NCBI GenBank assembly: GCA_963840495.1
Contig: CAWIZN010000044.1
Coordinates: forward strand, 2,055-66,054
Reading direction: 5' to 3'
Length of the DNA stretch: 64,000 nt
Source of the DNA: an uncultured Candidatus Rokubacteria bacterium
GTDB lineage: Bacteria > Methylomirabilota > Methylomirabilia > Rokubacteriales > CSP1-6
Shown: one piece after another, positions 38,289 to 48,266 of the stretch
Layout of the letters: each line of letters opens with the position of its first letter
How positions within the stretch are numbered: position 1 is the stretch's first letter
Made by a program: the position numbers and the translations under genes
The notes under the pieces: generated by a model
The model's database searches: none
Told to the model about the DNA's origin: nothing
Seen by the model: only the letters and a program-made list of their open reading frames with translations

Positions 38289-38902
38289 GGCGAGGTGACC
38301 CGGATGGACACGCTGACGGGCGGCTGCTCGACGGGCTGGCCGCCCACCATGGTCGTGAGGGTGACCTCGACGGCGCGGGGAACGGCGCGCTCCTGGGCTC
38401 CATCCCAGCTCTCTTCCCAGGAGCCCTCGGTGTCGCGCAGGTAGCGGAAGCGCACGGCGGTGAACGACGGATCGACGACGATCGGCGCCACGTCCTCGAA
38501 GGGGTCGTCGTTGGGCAGCGCCTTCTCGCGGATGGCCAGGCCCGGCTTGTCCCCCTCGTCGATCGACAGGGTCACGGCCGTGAAGGCGATCGGAGCGGGA
38601 AGTGGGAATGGCGCGGACACCGTCACGAACGACAGCCTGTCGGGCGCGCCCTGGAAGAGGACCTCGGGCTGGACCCCGGCAGGTGCGGGGCCGAGGTAGG
38701 CCGCCGTGCCGCCCAGCGATAGCGCGAGGAGCGCATTCAGGCTGCGCGCGTGCTGCTGTGACTCGGTGCGCTCCTCGCCGCGCTGCCAGGCGCGAACGCC
38801 GACGCGAAGGCCGCCGAAGACGATGGCCAGCATGGCCGCGACGATGGAGAGCGCCAGCACCAGCTCGAGCAGCGTGAAGCCCCGCTGACCGCGCCGCTTC
38901 AT
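38285..38902 (-). CDS. gspJ: Type II secretion minor pseudopilin GspJ
   Basis: ATG 38902 inside ORF 38285..39148. The prepilin leader is MKRRGQRG/FTLLELVLALSIVAAML. Confidence 0.75.
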   Translation of the reverse strand: MKRRGQRGFTLLELVLALSIVAAMLAIVFGGLRVGVRAWQRGEERTESQQHARSLNALLALSLGGTAAYLGPAPAGVQPEVLFQGAPDRLSFVTVSAPFPLPAPIAFTAVTLSIDEGDKPGLAIREKALPNDDPFEDVAPIVVDPSFTAVRFRYLRDTEGSWEESWDGAQERAVPRAVEVTLTTMVGGQPVEQPPVSVSIRVTSP

Positions 38903-39491
38903 CGCGCGGGTGTCCGTGTGGTGCCGCTGCCGGAGCTGCTGCTCGTGCCGAACGGCCCGGTCTGGCTCCGGCCCGGTGTCGCCGGAGCTGCCCGAACCGG
39001 CGGCGCCCCCCGGAATCGCCCCGCCCTGGCCGCGTCTGCCCTTGCTGGTCGGCGGGGTTGGTCGCGGGCACGGTGGCCGGACCGGTCGGCGCGCGCAGCG
39101 TGGCCACCTCCACCATGTGGTTGCGGCCCCATCGCACGGCCACCGCAACCGCGTAGAGGCCGGGCACTTCCTTGCCGGGGACGGGCGTCTTGGGCTCCAG
39201 CTCCTCCGGCAGCGCGATTCGGGTCACCCGGCGCTCCCAGGCGAAGGCACCCTCTTCGCCGGTCTCGACCGTGGCCTCGCTCGTCACCTCCTCCGCGTTG
39301 ACCTGGGTATCCCTGGCGAGCCGGTCTGCGATCTGCACGGCCTGCTGGTGATCGCCGGACACCTTGAGGAGCCGCAGGCCCTGGGAGGTGAGCTCGATCA
39401 GGCTGACCACGCCCACCGCGAGGATGGTGAAGGCGATGAGCACTTCGAGCAGCGTGAAGCCGCCGCGGTCACCGAGGGTGCCACGCGCCAT
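38899..39491 (-). CDS. gspI: Type II secretion minor pseudopilin GspI; 3' end uncertain (probable frameshift in low-complexity tail)
   Basis: ATG 39491 overlaps the gspH TGA. The leader is MARGTLGDRGG/FTLLEVLIAFTILAVGVVSL. The only stop that gives the usual ATGA junction with gspJ (38899-38902) is in another frame (ORF 38899..39132). Confidence 0.65.
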
Positions 39492-39955
39492 CAGGAATCG
39501 GCCAGGCGGCTCGACACGCGCCCGGTCAGGGGATCGACGGTCACGAGGTAGTGGCGATTCCCAGGGGCGAGGATGCGGTACGTGGCCCCGTTCGAGAACC
39601 CGAGCGGGGCGAACGTGACCGCCAGGGCCTCCGGCGGATCCGACTCGATGCGCATCAGGTACGTGAAGGTCCGCGAGGATCGCACGGCGTCCGAGCCCGC
39701 GGCCGTGATCACGAGCGAGCGCGTCTCGGGATCGAGGCGCACGGACTGGGCTTCGCCGCGCGTGATGGCTTGCTCGCGCGCGGCCCGAAGGTAGGCCGCG
39801 AAGCCCGAGATCTCCGCGCGCGCGCGCACGCTCCCGATGCTCCTGCCGATGCCGGGTACGACCACCGCCGCCGCGAGCGAGAGGACCAGCAGCGTCACCG
39901 CCAGCTCGATCAGCGTGAACCCGCGTGACCACTGGGTCATTGCTTCGCCCATCAC
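39491..39955 (-). CDS. gspH: Type II secretion minor pseudopilin GspH
   Basis: 154-aa ORF with leader ..MTQWSRG/FTLIELAVTLLVLSLAAAVVVPG and a GspH-like body (ISGFAAYLRAAREQAITRG). Confidence 0.75.
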   Translation of the reverse strand: MMGEAMTQWSRGFTLIELAVTLLVLSLAAAVVVPGIGRSIGSVRARAEISGFAAYLRAAREQAITRGEAQSVRLDPETRSLVITAAGSDAVRSSRTFTYLMRIESDPPEALAVTFAPLGFSNGATYRILAPGNRHYLVTVDPLTGRVSSRLADS

Positions 39956-39959
39956 TGCC

Positions 39960-40043
39960 CTCGCCTCGCAGCCCGCTGCTCAGCTCGCTCAGACCTCGGG
40001 CTGCCAGGCGCTCGCGCCTCGTCTCGCTCGCAACTTGCCCCAG
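39960..40043. repeat. Repeat family B, partial copy in the gspG-gspH junction
   Basis: The reverse complement CTGGGGCAAGTTGCGAGCGAGACGAGGCGCGAGCGCCTGGCAGCCCGAGGTCTGAGCG aligns with 9749-9810. Confidence 0.65.
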
Positions 40044-40058
40044 AGCGGCTGCCAGCGT

Positions 40059-40496
40059 CCACGAAGCGATGTCGGCGCTCTCCCCCTCGCCGCCGGGCTT
40101 GCCGTCCGCGCCGTCGCTCCAGAGATCGTACTCTCCGTGGTCCCCGGGACAGCACTTGTACTGATAGGGATTGCCCCAGGGATCGGCGGGGATGACGTTC
40201 TTCTTGAGATACGGGCCGTTCCAGGCGGCGATGTTCGGATTCCGCACGAGCGCTTCGAGGCCGACCGACGAGGGTGGATAGGTGCCCACGTCGAGGCTGT
40301 ACTGATCGAGGGCGGCGCCCAGGAGCTCGATCTGCGCGCGGGCGGCCACCATCTTGGACTGCCCGACACGGCCGAACAGCCGTGGGCCGACCAGGCCGGC
40401 GAGCAGGCCGAGAATGATCACGACCACGATCATCTCGATGAGGGTGAAGCCGCGATGGTCTTTCCAGACCCTCGCGAGCAGACGGGCGCGGGTCAT
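40059..40496 (-). CDS. gspG: Type II secretion major pseudopilin GspG (conserved core; no in-frame stop as given)
   Basis: ATG 40496 forms an ATGA overlap with the gspF stop. MTRARLLARVWKDHRG/FTLIEMIVVVIILGLLAGLVGP..DPWGNPYQY..DLWSDGADGKPGGEGESADIASW. The frame then runs on through the repeat and the downstream genes (track ORF 35865..40496). Confidence 0.8.
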
Positions 40497-41717
40497 AGGG
40501 CGACCTCCGTCAGGGAGAAGATGGCCATCAAGAGGGCGACCACGATGAAGCCGACGATGAGTCCCATGATCAGGATGATGGCCGGCTCGAGCAGTCCCAT
40601 GAGCCGTTTGACGAGCCGGCGGACTTCTGATTCAAAATCGCTCGCCACCTTGAGCAGCATGTCTTCCAGCCGGCCCGTCTCTTCGCCGACGCGGACCATG
40701 TGCACGGCCATGGCCGGGAAGGTCTGGGCCTCCCGGATGGGAACCGCGATCCCGGCGCCCCGCCGAACGCCCTCGCTCACGCGCTCGATGGCCCGCGCGA
40801 GCACCTGGTTGCCCGCGAGCTCGCGGACGACGCCGAGGGCCGTCAGGACGGGGACGCCGCTCTTGAGGAGCGTGCCGAGCACGCGCGTGAATCGCGCCGT
40901 CTCGCTTTTCAAGATCGACGTCGCCGACCAATGGCAGCCGCAGCACGATCCGGTCCCATTGATCGCGCCCGCCCTCCGTCGACAACCAGACGCGGACGGC
41001 GAAGACGATGGCGAGTATCCCGAGCGCGAGCAGCCACCAGTACTGCTGCAGGCCCGTGCTGAGCGAGAGGAGGATCTGCGTCACCAGGGGGAGGGACTGG
41101 CCGAGGTCTCGAAAGATCTCGACGAAGCGGGGGATGACGAAGGTGAGCAGGAACACCACGGCCGCCGTGCCCGCCAGCGTGAGCATGATGGGATAGATGA
41201 GGGCGGAGACGAGCGTCTCCTTGAACGCCTGCGTTTCCTCGAGCAGCTCGGCGAGCCGCTTGAGCGTGGGCTCGAGCACGCCTCCCTTTTCGCCCGCGCG
41301 CACCATGTTGACGGCCAGGCGCGAGAAGGGGCGGGGCTGGTGCTTGGCCATGGCCTCGGCGAGCGAGCTGCCGCCGCGGATGCTCTTCAAGAGGTCGCTG
41401 ACGATGACTCGTAGGCGCGGGCTGGGGGCCAGTTCCTCGAGGATGACGAGCGCGCGATCGAGCGGCAGCCCGGCCTCGATCAAGGTCGCGAGCTGCTGGA
41501 ACAGCGTGAGGACTTCGACGCGGGTGATCCGGCCCCGGCCGAGGGACGGCAGCGTCAACCCGAATGCGGACCGGCCCTCCTCCTGCGCCTTGACGTGGAT
41601 GGGGAAGTAGGAGTCCCGCTGCAGGCGCTCGACGACCCCGCGCGCGTCGGGTGCCTCCATGACGCCGTCGATGGTCTGGCCCTGCCGGTCCGCGGCCCGG
41701 TATGCGAAAGTCGGCAT
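40493..41717 (-). CDS. gspF: Type II secretion inner-membrane platform protein GspF, one frameshift near 40915
   Basis: ORF 40632..41717 (MPTFAYRAADRQGQTIDGVMEA..LFQQLATLIEAGLPLDRAL) joins ORF 40493..40912 (ETARFTRVLGTLLKSGVPVLTAL..EPAIILIMGLIVGFIV). Confidence 0.85.
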
Positions 41718-41724
41718 GCCGGCG

Positions 41725-43427
41725 TCAGTCTTCCTGAGTGACGCGCAGGATCTCCTCGACCGTGGTCTGACCCGCCTGCGCCTTGGCCCAGCCGTCCTCT
41801 CGGATCGTGACCATGCCGCACTCCATCGCGTGGCGGCGGATCTCGCTGGTGGACGCCTTGCGCAGGATGAGGCTTCGGATCTCCTCGCTGATCAGGAAGA
41901 GCTCGTAGATGCCCACCCGGCCCTTGTAACCCGTCTTCCGGCAGGCCTCGCACCCCTGGCCCCGGTACAGCTCGGCGCCGCCCCCATCGGCCACGCCGAT
42001 CGCGAGCAGATCGGCGGGATCGGCCACGTGACGAACCCGGCAGCTCTGGCAGATCCGCCTCACGAGCCGTTGGGCGAGGACGCCGCTCAGGACGGAGGCG
42101 AGGAGATAGGGCTCGACACCCATATCTTGAAGACGGGTGATCGATCCCGGCGCGTCATTGGTGTGGAGCGTGGAGAACACCAGGTGGCCCGTCAGGGCCG
42201 CGTGAATGGAGATCTCCGCCGTCTCGAGATCGCGGATCTCGCCGACCATGATGACGTCCGGATCCTGCCGGACGATGGAGCGCAGTCCGCTGGCGAACGT
42301 CAGTCCGATCTTCGGCCGGACGGCGATCTGGTTGACGCCTTTGAGCTGGTATTCGACGGGGTCTTCGATCGTGATGATCTTCTTCTCCGCCACATTGATC
42401 TTGTCGAGCGCGGCGTAGAGGGTGGTCGTCTTCCCCGAACCGGTGGGCCCGGTGACGAGCACGATGCGGTTGGGCTGGTTGATGAGGCGGTCGAAGACCG
42501 AGCCGATGGCCGGGCTGAACCCGAGCTTGTCGAACGGCATGAATACGGAAGACCGGTCCAGCAACCGCATGACGATCGACTCGCCGTAGATGGTGGGCAC
42601 GCTCGACACGCGAATGTCGATCCGCCGGGTGTTCAAGGTCATGCGAATGCGGCCGTCCTGGGGCAGGCGGCGCTCGGCGATGTTCAACTCGGCCATCAGC
42701 TTGATGCGCGAGGTGACGGCGGCCTGCAGGCGCCGGGGGGTGCCTCCAGATCGTAGAGGATGCCGTCGATGCGATAGCGCACCCGCAAGGTGTCTTCGGA
42801 GGGCTCGATGTGGATGTCCGAGGCTTCGGAGGCGACGGCCTCCTCGATGAGGAGGTTGACCAGCCGGACGACCGGGGCCTCGAAGGCCATATCGCGAAGC
42901 TGGGTGATGTCCTCTTCGCGGTCGCCGTCGCCGTCCGTGGGCGCCATGCCCTCGACGATCTTCTGCAGCGCGGTGGAGGCGCCGTAGGTGCGCTCGATGG
43001 CCTCGAGGATGGCCTGGCGCGGCGCGACGCAGAGCGTGATGTTGAGCGCCAGGGTCTGGCGCAGCTCGTCGACGAGGAGCGGATTGGTGGGGTCGGCGGT
43101 CGCGACGGTCAGGGTCGAGCCTTCGAGGGTGATGGGGCATGCCGCGTATTGCCGCAGGTACTTGGGGGAGAGGTTCTTCAGCACCGGGGGCGAGAAGGGC
43201 AGCTCCTCGGCGGAGAGGAACTCGAGCCCGCGCTGGGCGGCGAGCGCCCGGAGGACATCGTCCTCGGAGGCGGCGCCCAGCTCGACCAGGGCATCGCCGA
43301 TCCGCTCACGGGCATCGCCCGCGCGCGCCTCGGCGAGCGCCAGCATCTCGGGGGTGATGACTCCGGCCTCGAGCAGCGTCTCTCCGAGATTCTTCGAAGA
43401 GACCGGGACCGCCCTGTGTATCGCCAT
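41725..43427 (-). CDS. gspE: Type II secretion ATPase GspE with N-terminal MshEN/GSPII domain, one frameshift near 42740
   Basis: ORF 42696..43427 ([23 protein letters not shown]) joins the frame of ORF 41725..43140. That frame carries Walker [34 protein letters not shown] and a tetracysteine ([17 protein letters not shown]). Confidence 0.9.
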
Positions 43428-43666
43428 AACAGGTGGATTATGCGCGCCGCCCCAGAGGGCGTCAAGAAACGGGAGACCGAACGCCGGCCAGCCGGTGTGC
43501 CGGTGCCCGGCCGCTTGCCCTGAGGCGCGCGGTCGTCTATTCTTCTCCAGCCCAATGTCTCGGGAAGACCGGCGATCGCGACCGGCCTCTGCAGTCCCGG
43601 GTCAGGCGGGGCGATGGCGGGTTAACCAGACCAGCAGGCTCGGATCGGGGGTCTTTCCGAAACCGA

Positions 43667-44407
43667 ATGAGCACCACGCAGTGCGCCGATCTGCACACCG
43701 CCCTCCTGGCGGCCTCGAGCGCGGTCCTGCGCCGTCGCTGGGCGGCCGGGCTGGAGGGCTGGCCTGCTCCCGTCGAAGCCGCTGACCGCGTCGAGCTCGA
43801 GGAGCGCATGCTCGCGAATCGTCCCGCCGTCGTCTTTCTGGACCTGGCGCTGCCGGGCCTCAGCGGCCTGGACGGCGTGCCGGACATCCAGCGGCTGAAT
43901 CCCGGCGCGCGACTCGTCCTGCTGGCCTCGTCCCCGAGTGAGCGGCAAGCCGTGTTCGCCCTGGTGGCGGGCGCCCGAGGCTACTGCGATCGAAACATCG
44001 CCCCCTCGCAGGTCAAGAAGGCCGTCGAGGTCGTGCAGCGGGGCGAGATCTGGATCGGCCGGCACGTCGTGCCGCACCTGCTCCGGCGGATCACCTCGCT
44101 GACCCCGGCCGGTCCGGACGCGGGGCCGGGAGGGCGCTTGCCGAGGAGGTTCGACTTCCTCGCCCCGCGCGAGCGCGAGATCGCGCTCCTCGTGGGCTCG
44201 GGAGCGAACAACCGAGAGATTGCGGAGCGGCTCAGCATCACCGAGTCGACGGTGAAGGCGCATCTCACCTCCGTCTTCCGCAAGCTCGACGTCCCGGACC
44301 GGCTGCGCCTGGCTCTCTTCGTGCGGCGTCAGCGAGCGCCGACGGCCGCTCGCCGCGCTCCGTCGCGGGCGCCGCGCCGGTCGACCTCGCGCCCGGCCGA
44401 CGCGTGA
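43667..44407 (+). CDS. NarL/LuxR-family response regulator with atypical receiver domain, divergent from gspE
   Basis: ATG 43667 inside ORF 43433..44407. ALLAASSAVL (no acidic pair), VFLDLALPG, LVLLASS, ALVAGARGY (Lys position is Val), GEIWIGRH. The LuxR HTH is APREREIALLVGSGANNREIAERLSITESTVKAHL. Confidence 0.75.
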   Translation: MSTTQCADLHTALLAASSAVLRRRWAAGLEGWPAPVEAADRVELEERMLANRPAVVFLDLALPGLSGLDGVPDIQRLNPGARLVLLASSPSERQAVFALVAGARGYCDRNIAPSQVKKAVEVVQRGEIWIGRHVVPHLLRRITSLTPAGPDAGPGGRLPRRFDFLAPREREIALLVGSGANNREIAERLSITESTVKAHLTSVFRKLDVPDRLRLALFVRRQRAPTAARRAPSRAPRRSTSRPADA

Positions 44408-44949
44408 TCCGGTAAGAACAGCGTGCGCCGATTCGTTAGCCTCGATTTTCGCGCGTGCCAATTGCGAGAACAGCGACGCTCGGCCCCCGGCGGATGCGCT
44501 CAGGAGTCGGAGCGTCACAAGCCATGGTATGGCGGCTCAAGACAACACCAGCTGTGGATCCCCGAGAGTCCAGGGTTGCCGCCCGTGGTTGGTCCCGCTT
44601 CCCGACCCTCGACTCTCGCGCCGACCTTCACCCAGGTCGGTTTCTCGGCCGAGCGCCCCGCGTGACGGCTGATTCCAGGTGCCCTGCGGCGGCGCACGCC
44701 CATGCACGACGGCGGAGCGAGAGCGTGTCCTTACACGGCAGGAACGGCAGAGGGAACGCAGTTCCAGATTCAGGAACAGATTTGCGCAGCGACCGCCGGG
44801 AGGCTCCGGCCGCGTATAGTACCAAGGTCCAATTGATCTTTCCTCGGCGCAGCCCTCAATCTGATCCCGTGAAGTTCGGAGCATCCTTCGCTATGGGGTC
44901 ATAGGTGTCGGAGACGCGCGCACCATCCTGGGGGCCGACGCCGAGTCTC

Positions 44950-45166
44950 GCCAACATCGCGAGCGCGGCCACGGGCACCAGGCTCAAGAGCAACCAGGCG
45001 AGCGCCGGCAGCAACGAGGAGAACGGCCTGGCCGAGTCCCGACTGAACGCCATGGCGACCAACGGCGGCGGCAACAAGGGGGACAACAAGCGCATTCCGG
45101 CGGTCGAGCATTCCGGCGGCGGGGAAGTGTCCGACGTTTCCGAACGCGGGGACGGTCGGCGAGTAG
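44950..45166 (+). pseudogene. Orphan 3' remnant of a third beta-helix protein gene copy
   Basis: Aligns with 47950-48161 of copy 1 (..LNAMATNGGGNKGDNKRIP.. against ..LNAAVTNGGGNKADKLSIP..; the ends are GTVGE-TAG against GTVCE-TAG). It is followed by the same spacer, AGCGAGCGATCGCTGGCAGG. No upstream gene body is present. Confidence 0.65.
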
Positions 45167-45216
45167 GCGCGGAGAGAAAGAGCGAGCGATCGCTGGCAGG
45201 GAGTTCGTCCAAAGCA

Positions 45217-45251
45217 CCCGGGGAGCCCCGAAGAGATGGGGGCTTCCCGGG
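45217..45251 (+). promoter_or_regulatory. Conserved stem-loop in the spacer/leader before beta-helix gene copy 1
   Basis: CCCGGGGAGCCCC-GAAGAGAT-GGGGGCTTCCCGGG lies about 25 nt upstream of the AAGGGAGA RBS and ATG 45276. The same structure occurs at 48206-48240. Confidence 0.55.
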
Positions 45252-45275
45252 TTATCCGTCGAAAGGGAGACCAAC

Positions 45276-48161
45276 ATGGAACGACTCAGGCAGATCGTGG
45301 GGAAGGTAGGGCCAGCAGCGGGGGTCGTCCTGGCGCTGCTCCTGGTACTGGGGGCGTCGACGAGGGCCCTGGCGGCGACCGATCCAGGGTGCACGGTGCT
45401 GAACGGGGATGACGCCAGCGGGACGTGCGTGCTCACGGGTGTCGGTGACGATTGCCGGGACGGTGACGGTGCATGAGCCGGTGCACATGATGCCGGCGGC
45501 GTCCAGCATCATCGTGGCGGCGGCCCGGCGGGCGGCCTCACGCTGAACATCACGGGCGATTTTGTGATGGAGAGCGGGAGCCTGATCGACGGCAACGCGC
45601 CGTGCGTGGGGACCGCGACGATCGGGCGCAAGATCACGGTGGCTGTGACGGGGGGGAACGTCGATGTGAAGACGGGCGCGACCATCCGTTCGAACTCGTG
45701 TATGGGTGGGTTCATCGAGATCACCACGGCGGCGCCGGGGACGATCAACATCGACGGGACGGTCGAGTCGGTGGGCAGCAACACGGGCGGCTCGCCGGGG
45801 AACCAGCCGGCGGGCGGCGGGCCGATCACGATCAAGGCCGGCTGCGACCTCATCGATCAGTGATACGGGGGTGGTGAGCAGCCTGGGGTCGGATCCCGGG
45901 CGCCGACCTGGTGCACCTGGAGGGCTGCATCGTGACCGTCTTTGGGTTAGTGCAGTCGACGGGGCCGGGGCACTCGATTCCGAACAACCCGCCCAATAGC
46001 TGTTCGAATGTGACGCCGCTGTCCCCGCGCCGCAATCCGGTGACGCGGCCGGGCAAGCCGCTGAACTCGACGGGGTGCGTGGAGATCTGGTCGGGGACCA
46101 CGGTGTTGATTGACAGCACGGGCACACACAAGGGCGAGGTCAACGCCGACATTGGCTTCCAGGGTGGGGCCCAGGGGCGGGGGTGGATCGATATCCTCGC
46201 CAACGGGAACATCGAGATCCGGGACGGAACCGGGAACGACCACAACAAGGTGTGCGGTGGCGCTCTGGTGCCGACCACCTTTGCGGTGCACGCCAATGGG
46301 GGGCTGTGCCAGAACGAGGACGACGGCGGGTTGATTCTGATCCAGACGTATCTGGGGGATGTCATCGCCAGCGGTAACGCCATCCAGGCCGACGCGATCA
46401 CGCAGGGGCTCAGCAGCGGCGGAGAGATTCGCGTCGAAGCGCAGAGCGACATCAACTTCAGCCCGCTCAACCTCCCGGGCGCCAACATCTTCGCCCGGGG
46501 CGATTTCACTGCGCAGGAGGGTTCGGGTCCGGGGGCCAGATCGGGCCGACGATCTCGTCGGAGCCGCTGCCGCTCACCAATCCGGCGCCGATCCGGGCGT
46601 TCACCGGGTCGCTGACCTGGACGGCGGGGATCGGCGACGCGAGGCCGGTTGGGGGCCCGTTCCCGTCGCCCAGTGGGGGGAGATCAACCTGCAGGCGTGC
46701 ACTGCCGTGAACACGGTGGGCGCTTGGCGTTCCCGACCGAACGGGGCCACCGGGCTGGCGTATCCGAACGTGCTCCCCGTGGGGACGTGCGTTGGCGCCC
46801 CGACAAAGCCGGCCTAGTGTGGCGGGCTTTCCGTCGGGGACGTGCATCACGCTGTGCGGGCCGCCACCGCGGGCAACAAGAGTGGCGTGAAGTTCAACGA
46901 CCTGAACAAGAACGGGATCAGGGACGCGGGCGAGCCCGGGCTGGCCGGCTGGGAGATCCACGTATTCAACAATGCGGTCCCTCCCGTTCCACGCGCACAC
47001 GTCACGAACGCGGCCGGCGAGTATTCTTTCACCCTGGCGCCGGGGACCTACACGGTGTGCGAGACGCAGAAGACGGGGTGGACACAGACGGCCCCGTGCG
47101 TCCCGGGATCCCAGCCACCTGTGTCGGCTCGCCGATTCCGCTGGGCGAGACGATTGCGAACTGCACGACGCACACTGAAGGGGCTGGCGGCGCCGCATCA
47201 CTCCGGGGCCCCGCGGCTATACCTTCACCATCGTCGGCGCCGAGGCGAAGAATGGACAACGACTTCGGCAACTTCACGACTCCGGTGGTGTGCCCCGAGG
47301 ATCTGCCCCGGGCGCGCGATGCTGACCAGAGTCGTGGATGAGACGGGCGCGGCCCACGGAGGGCTTCCCGTGCACACGACAGTGCAAGCCGCATACAACG
47401 CGGCGCTCGCGAGCGGTAACCCGAACGAAGTCATCGGCCTGTTCAGCAAGACGACGGAAAATGTCGTGCTCGATGGCAGCAAGAACCTGACAATCACCCA
47501 GTGCACGAACGCGCGGGTCACCGCGGCAGACAGCAACTCGCCGGCGTGGACCATCAGCGGCAGTGGGAAGCTCTTGATCATCGGCCCTGACGCTGTCGGC
47601 GGCACGGTCGGCTGGCTGATCCAGAGCAGTGGGCACGAGGTGAAGAGCCTTCGGGCCAGCGGAGCCAGCGTGGCCGGCATCCAGGTCACCGGCAACAACA
47701 ACAAGGTGGGCTGGAACTCGTCGAACAGCAACGCCGTCGGCATCAGCGTGTCGGGTGACCTCAACACACTCAAGGGCAGCGAGGTAAAATTGAACTCCGG
47801 CGTCGGCGTGCATCTGACGGCCTCGGCCAACAACAACACGCTCAGCGTCACCAAGGTCTTCGAGAACGGCGACGACGGCATTCGCGTGGACGGAAGCAAC
47901 AACACCCTGAGCAGCACCAAGGTCTACCAGAACCTCGGCGACGGCGTCGAGATCAACGGTGCGGGCAATACGCTGAAGAGCGTCGAGAGCAACATCGGGA
48001 ACCCGGATAGTGCGACCGAGAACGGCGGTGCCGAATTCAGGCTCAATGCGGCCGTGACCAACGGCGGCGGCAACAAGGCGGACAAACTGAGCATTCCGTC
48101 GGCGGGAAAGTGCGGGATACTCCCGAACATATTCCCGCTCCTGGGCACGGTCTGCGAGTAG
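45276..48161 (+). CDS. Large secreted beta-helix protein, copy 1 (Cys-containing beta-helix N-part, SdrD-B/Cna-B-like module, PbH1 parallel beta-helix repeats); multiple frame breaks as given
   Basis: Signal peptide MERLRQIVGKVGPAAGVVLALLLVLGASTRALA. The pieces are ORFs 45276..45476, 45564..45863, 45911..46615, 46359..46817 and 46842..48161. The SdrD-B-like module is VKFNDLNKNGIRDAGEPGLAGWEIHVFNN..GEYSFTLAPGTYTVCETQKTGWTQTAP. The PbH1-like repeats include NNNKVGWNSSNSNAVGISVSGDLNTLKG... The A and B parts join into one ORF when copy 2 is used as a guide. Confidence 0.65.
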
Positions 48162-48205
48162 GCACGGAAGAGCGAGCGATCGCTGGCAGGTAGTTCGTCC
48201 AGACG

Positions 48206-48240
48206 CCCGGGGAGCCCCGAAGAGATGGGGGCTTCCCGGG
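48206..48240 (+). promoter_or_regulatory. Conserved stem-loop before beta-helix gene copy 2
   Basis: Same sequence as 45217-45251, and the same distance to the RBS and ATG 48267. Confidence 0.55.
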
Positions 48241-48266
48241 TCTCACCCGTCGAAAGGGAGACCAAC

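Noticed and set aside
35865-40496. 1543-aa minus-strand ORF that looks like a giant protein
   Set aside because: It is a stop-free frame typical of GC-rich DNA. Only the segments for gspG, gspI, the 5' part of gspK and gspL code in this frame. Between them the translation is Arg/Gly/Pro-rich noise, while the true genes (gspH, gspJ, the gspK 3' part) lie in other frames with ATGA junctions.
43428-43666. Sigma-54 or LuxR-box promoter motifs in the gspE/regulator divergent spacer (and at 44408-44950)
   Set aside because: I found no TGGCAC-N5-TTGC element and no convincing shared inverted repeat by eye. This needs a computational motif search before any claim.
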